This document shows positions 37,647 through 47,862 of a DNA stretch of 64,000 nucleotides, piece after piece. Source of the DNA: an uncultured Verrucomicrobiae bacterium (GTDB lineage Bacteria > Verrucomicrobiota > Verrucomicrobiia > Chthoniobacterales > JAFAMB01). Every line of letters starts with the position of its first letter. The first letter of the stretch is position 1. A model generated the notes under the pieces. The model ran no database searches. It was not told the DNA's origin and was given only the letters and a program-made list of their open reading frames with translations. Location of the stretch: contig CAWIPH010000002.1 in the NCBI GenBank assembly GCA_963837955.1, forward strand, positions 128,001 through 192,000, written 5' to 3'. The translations under genes were made by a program, and so were the position numbers.

Positions 37647-38879
37647 CTAACCACCCGGGTCACCCGGGGGAGGGGCCGCCGGCGGCTGCTCCACGGCGGC
37701 TTTGAATTGGTCAGACGTGCCTGGCTGAACCACCGAAACCTCAGTCGCAAAGGTTACTTGGTGATGCGGATTGAAAGTCAGCGGAACCGGAGACACCACG
37801 CCCTGATATTTCATCTTGAGAAGCGCATCTACTACTGCGTCCGGATTGTCGAGTGATCCTACCTCCTCCAACGCTTTGGCGTACATGAAGAAGTAGTCAT
37901 AATAGAGCAGCGACACCGATGACTGGGGTCCCTTGGCTGCACCGAGCTCGAAGTACTTCTTGAAATAGTCTTGCACCGCGGGATAAGGAGCGGCTCCCCA
38001 GCAAACCGGGACACAGCTCAGGGCCACCGGCTTGTCAGATTTCAATTGGCGTTCCTGATAAATCCCAGGGTCTACGCCAAACAAGAAGTAGGCGGGTGCC
38101 ACATCCAGCTTCAAAGCCTGAGGGAAGGCGGTCAAAGTCGAATCACCATTATACCAGAAATGGACGATGTCAGGGTTCATTCCTTTGATGCGAGTCAGAA
38201 GGGGCGAGAAATCAGTGGTATCGGGGGGATACTTCACGAGATCCACTTGTTGCCCTTCGGCTTCAAGGGCTTTCACATAGTGAGAAGACAGATACTGCCC
38301 GGTTGCGTCGTTTCCTACGAACACGACGGAGTGCTTTGGCGGATGAGCCATCAGTGGCGTCAAAAGAGTCAGCACTCCCTTGGCAGTGCTACCACTACGC
38401 TGCCATTCCTGAGGCTCTGACTGGAACGTGTAGTGTAGCCAACCCCCTGGTGCGACCGACTTATCGTCCAGCACGGCTCCCAATGAGCTGTTGCCGGAGA
38501 ACTGAATCACCTTGGCTGCTCCGGTGATCTTAGCCATGGACACTGAGAAGTCATGCGTCTCGGTGCCCCAGACTGCTTTGACGCCGATGTCGTCGACTAG
38601 TTCGCGGGCGGCCGCAATGGTCACGTTTACATCGGTCCGGTTGTCCCGGATGAAGAGTTTAATCTTATACGTCTTGCCCCCAATCTTTATACCGCCGGCG
38701 TCGTTGATCTGCTTGGTGGCCAGATTTGCCGCCGCCACGATGGTATTTCCAGCAGACACGAACGATCCGGACTCGGCTGCCACGACACCGATTTTGAGTT
38801 CTTCATCCGCACGTGCGAATTGTGCCGACAGCGCGATAAACGCGCTCGTGAGGATTGCCCCCACCGTTACGCTTTGCAT
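37647..38879 (-). CDS. HAAT-type ABC transporter substrate-binding protein (substrate unknown)
   Basis: Signal peptide, 'LKIGVV', 'INDAGGIKIGG', 'TTDFSPLLTRIK'; AAAGGA RBS upstream. Confidence 0.88.
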   Translation of the reverse strand: MQSVTVGAILTSAFIALSAQFARADEELKIGVVAAESGSFVSAGNTIVAAANLATKQINDAGGIKIGGKTYKIKLFIRDNRTDVNVTIAAARELVDDIGVKAVWGTETHDFSVSMAKITGAAKVIQFSGNSSLGAVLDDKSVAPGGWLHYTFQSEPQEWQRSGSTAKGVLTLLTPLMAHPPKHSVVFVGNDATGQYLSSHYVKALEAEGQQVDLVKYPPDTTDFSPLLTRIKGMNPDIVHFWYNGDSTLTAFPQALKLDVAPAYFLFGVDPGIYQERQLKSDKPVALSCVPVCWGAAPYPAVQDYFKKYFELGAAKGPQSSVSLLYYDYFFMYAKALEEVGSLDNPDAVVDALLKMKYQGVVSPVPLTFNPHHQVTFATEVSVVQPGTSDQFKAAVEQPPAAPPPGDPGG

Positions 38880-39295
38880 ACGAAGTTCCTTTCTTTGGAT
38901 ACAAGATTGGGACCGTACAATGTGGGGATCGGGTTTCCGGCTGGTTGCTTATCAGCCGCCGCTACACTCACCGAGACGGAGAATGGGGTAGCAACGGCCA
39001 CGAAAGAGAAGGGTTTCTTCATAGAAGGTTTCACGGGATGAAGATGGGGATGGTGTTCTCGACCCGTTTTGGAGGCGAAGACAGCGGCATCGATCGCATG
39101 TCGGACATCTAAATGGGGGAGGACAATCAGGCAGGTTTGCGAGCCCACTCGGGTAGCAACACTACCGATTTAACGCTGTTCTATCGTGATTTCGGCCACT
39201 TTACAACCGAAACTTCGTTTTTGAGCGGTAAGATCGAAGTGTCTTTATGGGTTAACGTATTAAAACTACGTTTTCGAAAACAGACTGCTCCTGCT

Positions 39296-40246
39296 TCACC
39301 CCGCTAAAACCTGATCAATCTCGGCCAACTCCGCGCCGGAGAAATCGAGACGATCAAGCGCTTTCACATTCTGTTCCAGTTGGCCTGGCGAGCTGGCTCC
39401 GATAAGAGCCGAGGTGACGACCGCTAAACGCAGAACCCAGGCGATCGCCATTTGAGCCAAGGATTGATCACGCCGCGCAGCAATAGCGTGCAGCGCCCGT
39501 ACTTCCGGTAAATTCTTCCGCACGTCTGCTGTCTTGAGAAAATGTTCTCGGGCGGCACGCGAGGTATCGGGGATTTGTTCGAGGTATCGATCGGTCAACT
39601 GACCCTGAGCCAGTGGCGAAAACACAATGCAACCTATTCCTTCTTCCTCCAGCACCTTCGTGAGTCCTTCTTCTATCCGTCGATTCAACAGGTTGTAAGA
39701 CGGTTGATGGATCAAGCAAGGCGTTCCGAGATTTCGCAACGCCTGCGCAGCGCCTCGGGACTGTTTGCTGTCGTAGTTTGAGATCCCGGTATAAAGCGCC
39801 TTCCCTTGCCGGACGGCTTGGTCAAGCGCTCCCATGGTCTCTTCGATCGGCGTATCTGGATCGGGACGGTGTGAGTAGAATATGTCGACGTACTCCAATC
39901 CGAGCCTGGACAGACTCTGATCCAAGCTCGCTAGCAGAGATTTGCGCGATCCCCAGTTACCGTACGGTCCGGGCCACATGTCATATCCGGCCTTGGTCGA
40001 AACAACGATCTCATCGCGATGGTTACGTAAATCTTGATGTAAGATACGACCGAAGTTCTTCTCTGCAGAACCTGGCGGCGGACCATAGTTATTTGCGAGA
40101 TCAAAATGGGTGATACCAAGCTCGAATGCGCGGAGAACCGTCAACCGACCTGCGTCGAATCGATCCACATCGCCGAAGTTGTGCCATAGTCCAAGTGAGA
40201 TGCGTGGTAGCAGCAACCCGCTCTTGCCGCAGCGCTGATATTTCAT
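39296..40246 (-). CDS. gpr: Aldo/keto reductase, L-glyceraldehyde 3-phosphate reductase (YghZ/Gpr) type
   Basis: 'SLGLWHNFG', 'GITHFDLANNYGPPPGSAE', 'STKAGYDMWPGPYG', 'LIHQPSYNLLNR'. Confidence 0.88.
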   Translation of the reverse strand: MKYQRCGKSGLLLPRISLGLWHNFGDVDRFDAGRLTVLRAFELGITHFDLANNYGPPPGSAEKNFGRILHQDLRNHRDEIVVSTKAGYDMWPGPYGNWGSRKSLLASLDQSLSRLGLEYVDIFYSHRPDPDTPIEETMGALDQAVRQGKALYTGISNYDSKQSRGAAQALRNLGTPCLIHQPSYNLLNRRIEEGLTKVLEEEGIGCIVFSPLAQGQLTDRYLEQIPDTSRAAREHFLKTADVRKNLPEVRALHAIAARRDQSLAQMAIAWVLRLAVVTSALIGASSPGQLEQNVKALDRLDFSGAELAEIDQVLAG

Positions 40247-40262
40247 AAGGGCAGATTGGTGC

Positions 40263-41361
40263 TCAGCGTTTGGATAAAGGTGCCCTCTTTGGGTTCGTTA
40301 TGGGCTCAGACCGCCTAGTCGTTGAGGACTGGGCTGTAGCCCCACAAGATTCTCTGATGATCATTTTTTGCGATAGAGCACAGTTCCGGATCCCAACCGG
40401 ATGTCCCTCCAGTAACTCAATGGCTGCGAGCGCTGCTTGTTCTCCCTGCTTGATTGGCTCTGTGTCTACAGTCGTAAGGGAGGGGTGGCAATACGCGGCA
40501 ATCGGTAGATCGTCAAAGCCGACGACCGCAATATCATGCGGAACGGAGAGTCCAGCTTCGCGCAAGGCAGCTATCGCACCGACGGCGATCGTGTCATTTC
40601 CAGCGAACAATGCAGTCGGACGCTGGCGAAGTTTTAAAATCTCTTTCATCGCACGATAACCGCTCTCCATTGTGAAATCGCCCCAGGCGACCAGCCTCTC
40701 ATCGAATTCCAGTTTTCCTCGCTCAATTCCCCGTTGAAATGCGCGCAGCCGTTCCCTGGCCCCGATATAACGAATCGGTGCGTAAGTAATATGGGCGATG
40801 CGGCGGTGGCCCAAATCAACCAGATGCCGGGTGATGCGCACCGCGGCTCTGCCGGTGTTTGGACGAATCGAATTTTCATTCGGGTGCCCGACTGGAACCG
40901 AAAAGAACTACCGGGAACTGGGATTCAATCATCCGGACCAATCCTTCGTCCTCCGAATTCGAGTTAAGAACAATCAGTGCGTCGATCCGTTTGCTCTTGG
41001 CCAGATCGAGATAAGCGTCGCGCTGCGAGCCGGCTTCAACGGCCTCCACCAACAGTTTGTAACCATGAGCATTGCAGACCCGGCTAATGCCAAACATCAG
41101 CGGCGGAGCAAACGCGTCAACGCTCATCAAATCTCCGTGAGCGAGCACTAGACCTAGGGTCCGGCTCCGTCCACTGACCAGCATGCGAGCTGCTGAGTTA
41201 GGAACGTAGCCGAGCGTCTCCGCTACCTCGAGCACGCGCGCCTTCGTCTCCGCGCTGATGCTAGTTCCTGTTTTCTGATTCAGGACGAAAGAAACTGTGG
41301 TGCGCGATACGCCGGCAGCCTGCGCAATGTCGTTGCTGGTTACGCGCCGCGTCGTTTCCAT
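40263..41361 (-). CDS. LacI family transcriptional regulator; frameshift near 40890
   Basis: HTH 'TSNDIAQAAGVSRTTVSFVLN' in ORF 40876..41376; C-terminal 'HLVDLGHRRIA..VVGFDD..PSLTTV' in ORF 40263..40841. Confidence 0.9.
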
Positions 41362-41398
41362 AGCCCCTCTCGTCATCTATCGTTGGGGAACTCTGCAG

Positions 41399-42748
41399 CT
41401 AGGTTGGCTGCTGGCTAACTGTCTGACCATTTCGAAAGTGATGCGGTATCCATTCCGCATGCTCAGTCAAAAGATCATCCACAAGTTGCCAGATCTGGTC
41501 GAGATCGAGTTCAGCGCCGGTATGTGGATCTAACATCGCCGCATGATAAATATGCTCGCGGTTTCCCGTGAGGATAGCTTCTACGGTTAGAGCTTGGACG
41601 TTGATATTCGTCTGCATGAGCGCAGCGAGATGTGGTGGGATGGATCCGATACGGGTTGGTTGGATGCCGTTCTTGTCGACCAGGCAGGGTACTTCGACAC
41701 AGCAATCCACCGGTAGGTTCGTGATCAGATCGGAGTTTTCCAAGTTAGCATAGACCACCCGTGGCACTCCGGTTTCCAAACTGTGAATGATCTTCGAACC
41801 GTATTCCACGCTGCGCTCCATTTCGAATGGCGCATCGGGCGTTTCTAAAGATTTTCGCAGGTACTTCCATTCCCCAATCTGGATTTCGCAGCTTCTTGGA
41901 TATTCATCCAGCGGGATATTAAAGCGGTCGATCAGATCCGTTCTCTCTCGCTTGATGTACCAGGGAACATACTCGGAAAAGTGCTCACTCGACTCTGTCA
42001 CGAAATAGCCCAGCCTGCGCAACATATCGTAGCGAACCCGATTTTCCGGAGGAACTCGACCTTCCTCGATCACTTTGTAGAGCAGCGGATAGAGGTCTTC
42101 TCCATTTCGCTCAAGCTTGAGGTAGAACGCCATGTGATTGATCCCAGCTACCAGGTAGTTAATTTCTTCCAGTGGTACGCCGATGTCAGTGGCAAGTTCT
42201 TCAGCTGTGTTTTGGACACTATGGCAGAGACCAATTGTTCGGATTCGCGTTGCCCGAGTTAGCGCCCAACAGTTGATCGCCATCGGGTTGGCATAATTCA
42301 AGTGGACGACATCTGGACAGCGCCGCTCCATCTCCTGGCACATTTCGATTAACACCGGAACAGTACGCAATGCCCGCATGATCCCGCCGATTCCCAGCGA
42401 GTCGCCGATGGTTTGCCGAAGGCCGTATTTATTAGGGATCTCAAAATCGGTGACAGTACATGGTCGATAGCCGCCAACCTGGATCATGTTAATCGCGTAG
42501 GTAGCGCCATCAAAAGCGCGTGCCCGGTCAGTCGTGGTTTCGATCGCCGGTTGAATACCTAGCGTCTGGGCGACGCGGTTAGCTACAATCTCCGACGTCT
42601 GCAGACGCTCTGCGTCAATATCAAAGAGACAAAGCTGCGAGTCAGCTAACTCCGGAAACGACAGAATGTCGACCAGCAGCTTCTTAGCGAAGACAGTACT
42701 CCCAGCCCCAATAAATGTAATTTTTCGCTTTGGATTCTTTTGTGTCAT
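41399..42748 (-). CDS. melA: GH4 alpha-galactosidase (NAD+/Mn2+-dependent)
   Basis: 'KITFIGAGSTVF', 'QTIGDSLGIGGIMRALRT', 'NYANPMA', 'GLCHSVQ', 'GINHMAF', 'VTESSEHFSEYVPW'. Confidence 0.92.
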   Translation of the reverse strand: MTQKNPKRKITFIGAGSTVFAKKLLVDILSFPELADSQLCLFDIDAERLQTSEIVANRVAQTLGIQPAIETTTDRARAFDGATYAINMIQVGGYRPCTVTDFEIPNKYGLRQTIGDSLGIGGIMRALRTVPVLIEMCQEMERRCPDVVHLNYANPMAINCWALTRATRIRTIGLCHSVQNTAEELATDIGVPLEEINYLVAGINHMAFYLKLERNGEDLYPLLYKVIEEGRVPPENRVRYDMLRRLGYFVTESSEHFSEYVPWYIKRERTDLIDRFNIPLDEYPRSCEIQIGEWKYLRKSLETPDAPFEMERSVEYGSKIIHSLETGVPRVVYANLENSDLITNLPVDCCVEVPCLVDKNGIQPTRIGSIPPHLAALMQTNINVQALTVEAILTGNREHIYHAAMLDPHTGAELDLDQIWQLVDDLLTEHAEWIPHHFRNGQTVSQQPT

Positions 42749-42803
42749 AAAAATGAGAAATCATTCTGCGATTGGGGGGACAGGAGATGATCGATCCCAG
42801 GAG

Positions 42804-42913
42804 GGGAGGGCGCACAGCCTGTCCGACATAGCCTTTCGAATGCTTGGTGCAGAATGCTTGAGTGCGACGTCGGATCCTCGTGCGCCGTGGATCGCGGGGA
42901 CGCGATCCCTCCC
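42804..42913. repeat. Family D REP doublet with one mini-element insertion
   Basis: GGGAGGGCGCAC[AGCCTGTCCGACATAGC..GCGACGTCGGA]TCCTCGTGCGCCG..GGATCGCGGGGACGCGATCCCTCCC. Confidence 0.82.
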
Positions 42914-42921
42914 GGGCTATT

Positions 42922-44229
42922 CTACTTAAACAGGTCGTTCACCTCCTGGTTCGCGGCTTTGAGCGTGGTCGCCGCATCCGCTCCATTCAGGTAGATTGAG
43001 TCGAAGGCTCCTCGCATGATCCGGACGATGTCGCTGGCGTGGTCGGTAATCGGGAAGAGAAACGTCGCGTTCGGATCAGTTGCCTCCTGGACAAAAGCGG
43101 AAACATCAACACCCTTCTCGGCCATCCGGGTTTTAGCGAGCTCAGTCGCATCGGGAACCGCCGGGAAGACTACGCCATGTTCACCGACAATTGTCTGAGC
43201 TTCCGGGGAGGCCAGGAACTTTACCCATTTCCAAGCTTCTTCCTGATGTTTACTGCCAACCCAGATCGAGTCTGCCAGACCGTTGAACATGGTTCGCCGC
43301 CCCAGTGGACCTTTTGGCAGCGGAGCAAAACCGATGTCGAACTTGCAGTTTTCCGTGTACCAGCGGACGGCCCAGTCGCCAGTTAGAGCCAGGGCGCCCT
43401 TCTGTGCTGCGAACACTCCGTTCTCACCTGCTTGGCGGGCATCGCCTGCCGGGATGATGATTCCTTTTTTCATCTGATTGGCAATCCATTGAATCGTTTC
43501 CGCCAGTTTCGGATCATCATAGTTAAGGTGAGTAGCCCAAGGGCCATCGTCGAACTTAAAGCCGTTCGACACAGCAAAATGGCTCCATTCAACCTGGCCA
43601 TAGCCGTCGGGCTGGCCATTGATCAGCAGTCCATACTGCTTGATGTTTTTGGAATCGAACCCTGCCTCCGTCGCGTTTTTGCCATTCGCATCGATAGTTA
43701 GCTTAGCAATTAGCTGGCCAAACGAACCGCCATCTTTCGGATTCCAGTCCAGGTTCGAGAGCGACTTAGGATCGACGCCAGCCTTTTCTAGCATAGCCTT
43801 GTTGTAGACGAGGCCGATCGTGTCCCAATCTTTCGGAAGGCCGTACTGCTTACCGCTTCGACCCCATACTTTAACCAGGTCTCCAAGGTAAATGTTGGTA
43901 GGCACTTTATCGCGAGCGATCAGTGGAGCGAGATCTACCAGCAAGTTGTTCTGCATGAATTCCGGGTACCTGGCCAGATGATCCGTTATAACGTCAGGCG
44001 CGGTACCAGAAACGAACGCCGTATTCAGCGCGTTCCAATAGTCGAACCAGCCGGTCTGGGTGATTTTAATTTTAATGTCCGGGTTCTTCTTCTCGAATGC
44101 CGCAGCGCAGGCTTGGTAGGCTGGCAGTTGGTTGTTGTCCCATAACCAGTAGGTGATTTCTGTTACCGCTTGCGCGGGAATGCCGGCCAGGAAGCTGCCG
44201 GCCAATAGGATCTTAGTTAGGTGTCGCAT
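42922..44229 (-). CDS. Carbohydrate ABC transporter substrate-binding protein
   Basis: Signal peptide; 'ITYWLWD', 'YGLPKDWDTIGLVYNK', 'AWKWVKFL'. Confidence 0.92.
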   Translation of the reverse strand: MRHLTKILLAGSFLAGIPAQAVTEITYWLWDNNQLPAYQACAAAFEKKNPDIKIKITQTGWFDYWNALNTAFVSGTAPDVITDHLARYPEFMQNNLLVDLAPLIARDKVPTNIYLGDLVKVWGRSGKQYGLPKDWDTIGLVYNKAMLEKAGVDPKSLSNLDWNPKDGGSFGQLIAKLTIDANGKNATEAGFDSKNIKQYGLLINGQPDGYGQVEWSHFAVSNGFKFDDGPWATHLNYDDPKLAETIQWIANQMKKGIIIPAGDARQAGENGVFAAQKGALALTGDWAVRWYTENCKFDIGFAPLPKGPLGRRTMFNGLADSIWVGSKHQEEAWKWVKFLASPEAQTIVGEHGVVFPAVPDATELAKTRMAEKGVDVSAFVQEATDPNATFLFPITDHASDIVRIMRGAFDSIYLNGADAATTLKAANQEVNDLFK

Positions 44230-44324
44230 TTTTCTGGGGGTTAATTTTCGGGTTTGATGAGATTCATGGGGAGAAGAGGAGCGAGGAGTAAAAGAAGGCC
44301 GCGGTTGTCAGTAGTTGGTTCTGC

Positions 44325-45221
44325 TCATCGATAACCGGTGTACTGGAAGGCTTCGACGACCTTGCGACCGAAGAACACGAGGAGGATGGCGACCGGTATA
44401 ATACCGAGGACGGTGCAAGCCATTAGCCCGCTCCAGTCCGGTACGCCGCCGGCCTGCATTGACCGAAAAGCGTTAATAGCGACGGCCATGACTCGCACTG
44501 TTTCTTCCCGGCCGACTAGAAGCGGCCAAAAGAACTCATTCCAAGCCGTCAAAGTGGACAAAATCGTCAGCGTGGCGATTGCCGATCGATGGATAGGCAG
44601 CACGACGCGAAAGAAGATCGAGAAGTAATTTGCTCCGTCTATGCGGGCGGATTCCTCCAACTCCCGCGGAGTCGACAAAAACATCTGGCGCAAAAAAAAG
44701 ACGGCAAATGGCGTCATCAGCGCATAGGGCGCCGCCATGCCCTGATAGGTATTTAGCCAACCCAGATCTTTGATCAGGATGAAATTGGGGATGAATAGGA
44801 CCACGGCCGGGATCATCGTGGCGCATAAAAACAGGAAGAAGATCAACCTGCGCCCCGGAAAACGGAGTCGAGCAAAAGCGTATGCAGCCATCGCGCTGCA
44901 GGCGATCTGGGGAACAACTGCCAAGACGGTGAAGATGACGCTATTCGCCAACGCCCGATAAAAATCTATCTTGCCGAAGCTGGTCTGCGCGAGTCGTGGA
45001 TCGCTTGGATTCACCAGTCCGATGACTCTTTGGAGATTGAAAAGAGTCGGATCCTGGGGGAGGAGCGAGCTAGCGCCGCTGAAGAGAGTGTGGCTGTCGC
45101 TGAGCGCAGTCTTTACCGCGATCCAGATCGGGCCGAGTGAAATGATGGTAAATAGAGCGAGCGCCGCGTATCCGAACCAACGCGCTACCCCCCTTCCCGA
45201 GTTGGAGTAAGCATTCTCCAT
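44325..45221 (-). CDS. Carbohydrate ABC transporter permease
   Basis: 'AAYAFARLRFPG', 'ELEESARIDGA', 'WNEFFWPL'. Confidence 0.93.
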   Translation of the reverse strand: MENAYSNSGRGVARWFGYAALALFTIISLGPIWIAVKTALSDSHTLFSGASSLLPQDPTLFNLQRVIGLVNPSDPRLAQTSFGKIDFYRALANSVIFTVLAVVPQIACSAMAAYAFARLRFPGRRLIFFLFLCATMIPAVVLFIPNFILIKDLGWLNTYQGMAAPYALMTPFAVFFLRQMFLSTPRELEESARIDGANYFSIFFRVVLPIHRSAIATLTILSTLTAWNEFFWPLLVGREETVRVMAVAINAFRSMQAGGVPDWSGLMACTVLGIIPVAILLVFFGRKVVEAFQYTGYR

Positions 45222-45223
45222 TT

Positions 45224-46177
45224 TTATCCGAGCTCAGATTGGCCAGAGCGGAGAAGCCGCATCTGCACGATGGTGACAACGGCCAGACAAAGAAAAAGGG
45301 CGCACGACATCGTGGACGCGTATCCCATCCTGAACGACACAAAGCCTTCCTGATAGATGTACCAGACGATGGTGCGGGTGGAAAAAGCCGGGCCGCCCAG
45401 TGTGGTAACCGCGATGGTGTCGAAGACTTGAAACGACCCAATGATGCTCGTGACTAGCACGAAGACGAAGGTGGGCCGCAGTAGGGGCAGAGTAATATGG
45501 ACAAAGTTTTTCCAGGGACCAGCGCCTTCGATTCGAGCTGCTTCATAGATATCTTTCGGGATTGTCTGAATACCGGTATAGAACAACAAGGCGACGAATC
45601 CCATATGTCGCCAGATGTTCACCGCTGCGATCGTTGGGAGAGCGAGTTCGCGATCGGTAAAAAAAGCTATTCGACCGAGGCCGATCCAGTGCAGCGCAGC
45701 GTTCCCGAAACCGAGCAGCGGGTCGAGCATCCAAAACCAGATGATTGCTGCGATGACATTTGCGATCAGATATGGGGCGAGAATAATCGAGCGTAGGATC
45801 ACGGAGCGCCCTAACCGAGCTAGCAGCACCGCCAGCAACAGTCCAATAACCGTCTGGATCGGTATGTTATAGAGAACGTAAAGGACGGTGACCTTCATCG
45901 AGTTCCAGAAGTTCGCGTCATTCCAGAGCTTGATGTAGTTGGCACCCGCGTTAAACACGGGCGCTCGCAAGAGATTCCAATCGGTAAAACTGATGGAGAT
46001 CGCGCGAAAGGTGGGAAGCAGATAAAAGAGGGTGAAGCCTAAGAGAGCTGGTGCGATAAAGATCCACGCACAAAAAGATTCCCGATGCAGGAGTGACCGA
46101 AAAAAAGACCGTCGATGAGAGGTGGGGCGCGGAGCAGTGTGGGGAGGGGCTAGTTCTGGCGATACGCGTACAGACAT
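45224..46177 (-). CDS. Carbohydrate ABC transporter permease
   Basis: 'IYEAARIEGA', 'ITLPLLRPT', 'SFQVFD'. Confidence 0.93.
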   Translation of the reverse strand: MSVRVSPELAPPHTAPRPTSHRRSFFRSLLHRESFCAWIFIAPALLGFTLFYLLPTFRAISISFTDWNLLRAPVFNAGANYIKLWNDANFWNSMKVTVLYVLYNIPIQTVIGLLLAVLLARLGRSVILRSIILAPYLIANVIAAIIWFWMLDPLLGFGNAALHWIGLGRIAFFTDRELALPTIAAVNIWRHMGFVALLFYTGIQTIPKDIYEAARIEGAGPWKNFVHITLPLLRPTFVFVLVTSIIGSFQVFDTIAVTTLGGPAFSTRTIVWYIYQEGFVSFRMGYASTMSCALFLCLAVVTIVQMRLLRSGQSELG

Positions 46178-46245
46178 AGCAGGATAGGAAAAGATTTCTC
46201 GGAGATGGTTTGGATCGGGGGGGATGAACGTACCGCGTGAAATTA

Positions 46246-46284
46246 GTAACGCGTGTTACAAGGCGAATAAGTAACACGTGTTAT
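46246..46284. promoter_or_regulatory. Two LacI-type operator candidates in a divergent promoter region
   Basis: GTAACGCGTGTTAC (46246-46259) and GTAACACGTGTTAT (46271-46284, core TAACACGTGTTA a perfect palindrome). Confidence 0.72.
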
Positions 46285-46420
46285 CTACAGGTCAAGTCGG
46301 TTCTTTTTCGAGCCCGGCTAAGATTCCAAAATCTCTTTTTCTGCAAACCTCGGTTAGCCCAATTTAAGCGAGGATTTGACGATTGTTTTGTGGGGAAGCT
46401 TTTCTATACTGAAGAACCCC

Positions 46421-47686
46421 ATGTTTAAAAAAGTACTCTTGCTGTGTGTAGTGGCGTTAGCGGGCGTCGGAATAGCTCGGGCTCAAGGAAAGGTCCAACT
46501 TATTGTTGAGAGCTGGCGCAACGACGATCTCAAGGTCTGGCGGGATACGATCATACCCGCATTCACGAAGAAGCATCCGGAGATTGCGATAGTCTTCTCG
46601 CCGACAGCCCCGACGGAATACAACGCCGTGTTGGATGCCAAGCTCAAGGCAGGCACAGCAGGAGACCTGATTGCTTGCCGGCCCTTTGACAAATCGTTGG
46701 ACCTGTACAACGCCGGACAAGTGGTCGCGCTGAATGATCTTCCGGGAATGGACCATTTCTCGCAGATCGCCCGGACCGCGTGGTCCACAGACGATGGTAA
46801 GACCACCTTTGCCGTGCCCATGGCGTCGGTGATTCACGGTTTCTTTTATAACAAAGCCATCTTCAAAGAGCTGGGCCTGAGCGTGCCCAAGACCGAGCAG
46901 GAGTTCCTGGCAGTGCTCGAAAAGGTGAAGGCGAATGGCAAATATATTCCGCTGGTTATTGGTACCAAGGATCAATGGGAATCAGCGACAATGGGTTACC
47001 AGAACATTGGTCCCACCTTGTGGGATGGGGAGACAGGTCGAAAAGCACTGATCGATGGCACTGCTCAGTACAACAAAGGGGGGTTCCTGGCCGCCTTTGA
47101 GGCGCTAGCAAAATGGAAACCTTACCTGTCGTCAGGCTACCAGGCTCTGGCCTACCCTGATGCGCAGAATCTGTTTGCCCAAGGTCGAGGGGCAATTTAC
47201 CCGGCGGGATCATGGGATATTGGAGTCTTCCACCAAATGAACCCGAAGCTGGATTTTGGCGCTTTCAAACCGTACGCATTTGAAGGCAAGAGCGAAGCTA
47301 TCATTGATGATCACCCGGACATAGCGCTTGGGCTCAATGCCGCTAGCAAGAACAAGGAAGCCGCGCGAACATTCCTTGCTTGGGTAGCCTCGGAGGAATT
47401 CGCGCAGGTGTACGCCAATGCTCTGCCTGGCTTCTTTCCGCTGGCCAACGTTGAATATACTCTCAATGACCCGGTGGCCCAGGAGTTCGTCAAATGGCGC
47501 AAAGAGGGGCCGTCTTCGTTCCGCTGCTCTTACCAGGTTCTTTCACGTAACGCTAACCCGAACAACGAGAACGACCTCTGGAATGCCTGTGCTCAAATCT
47601 TGAATGGCACCATGACTCCACAGCAGGCAGCGGATTTCGTTCAGAAAGATCTGGCCTCCTGGTATAAACCGCAGGCGGCCCGGTAG
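46421..47686 (+). CDS. Carbohydrate ABC transporter substrate-binding protein
   Basis: Signal peptide; 'ESWRNDD', 'AGDLIACRPFD', 'VPMASVIHGFFYNK'. Confidence 0.92.
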   Translation: MFKKVLLLCVVALAGVGIARAQGKVQLIVESWRNDDLKVWRDTIIPAFTKKHPEIAIVFSPTAPTEYNAVLDAKLKAGTAGDLIACRPFDKSLDLYNAGQVVALNDLPGMDHFSQIARTAWSTDDGKTTFAVPMASVIHGFFYNKAIFKELGLSVPKTEQEFLAVLEKVKANGKYIPLVIGTKDQWESATMGYQNIGPTLWDGETGRKALIDGTAQYNKGGFLAAFEALAKWKPYLSSGYQALAYPDAQNLFAQGRGAIYPAGSWDIGVFHQMNPKLDFGAFKPYAFEGKSEAIIDDHPDIALGLNAASKNKEAARTFLAWVASEEFAQVYANALPGFFPLANVEYTLNDPVAQEFVKWRKEGPSSFRCSYQVLSRNANPNNENDLWNACAQILNGTMTPQQAADFVQKDLASWYKPQAAR

Positions 47687-47733
47687 GGGGAGCTGACAAA
47701 GCAAGGGGCATCCCCAAGCCAGATCGTCCTCGT

Positions 47734-47776
47734 CTCATGGGACTCATGGGACTCATGGGTCTCATGGGACCTATGG
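47734..47776 (+). repeat. 9-bp tandem repeat CTCATGGGW x4 plus a partial copy
   Basis: CTCATGGGA CTCATGGGA CTCATGGGT CTCATGGGA CCTATGG. Confidence 0.85.
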
Positions 47777-47862
47777 AGAGCGATCTGGCGAAATGTGAGC
47801 GTAGCAACAATTGGAGCAAGCATGGCGGAAGTGAGCATTCGAGCGGCGCTAGGGATTCGCCA

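Noticed and set aside
39020..39295. Riboswitch upstream of the Liv-type transporter
   Set aside because: No recognisable aptamer consensus; only a 12-bp palindrome GTTTTCGAAAAC (39270-39281) of unknown meaning.
47737..47862. MGLMGLMGL N-terminus of the permease
   Set aside because: Produced by the 9-bp tandem repeat; the likely start is ATG 47863.
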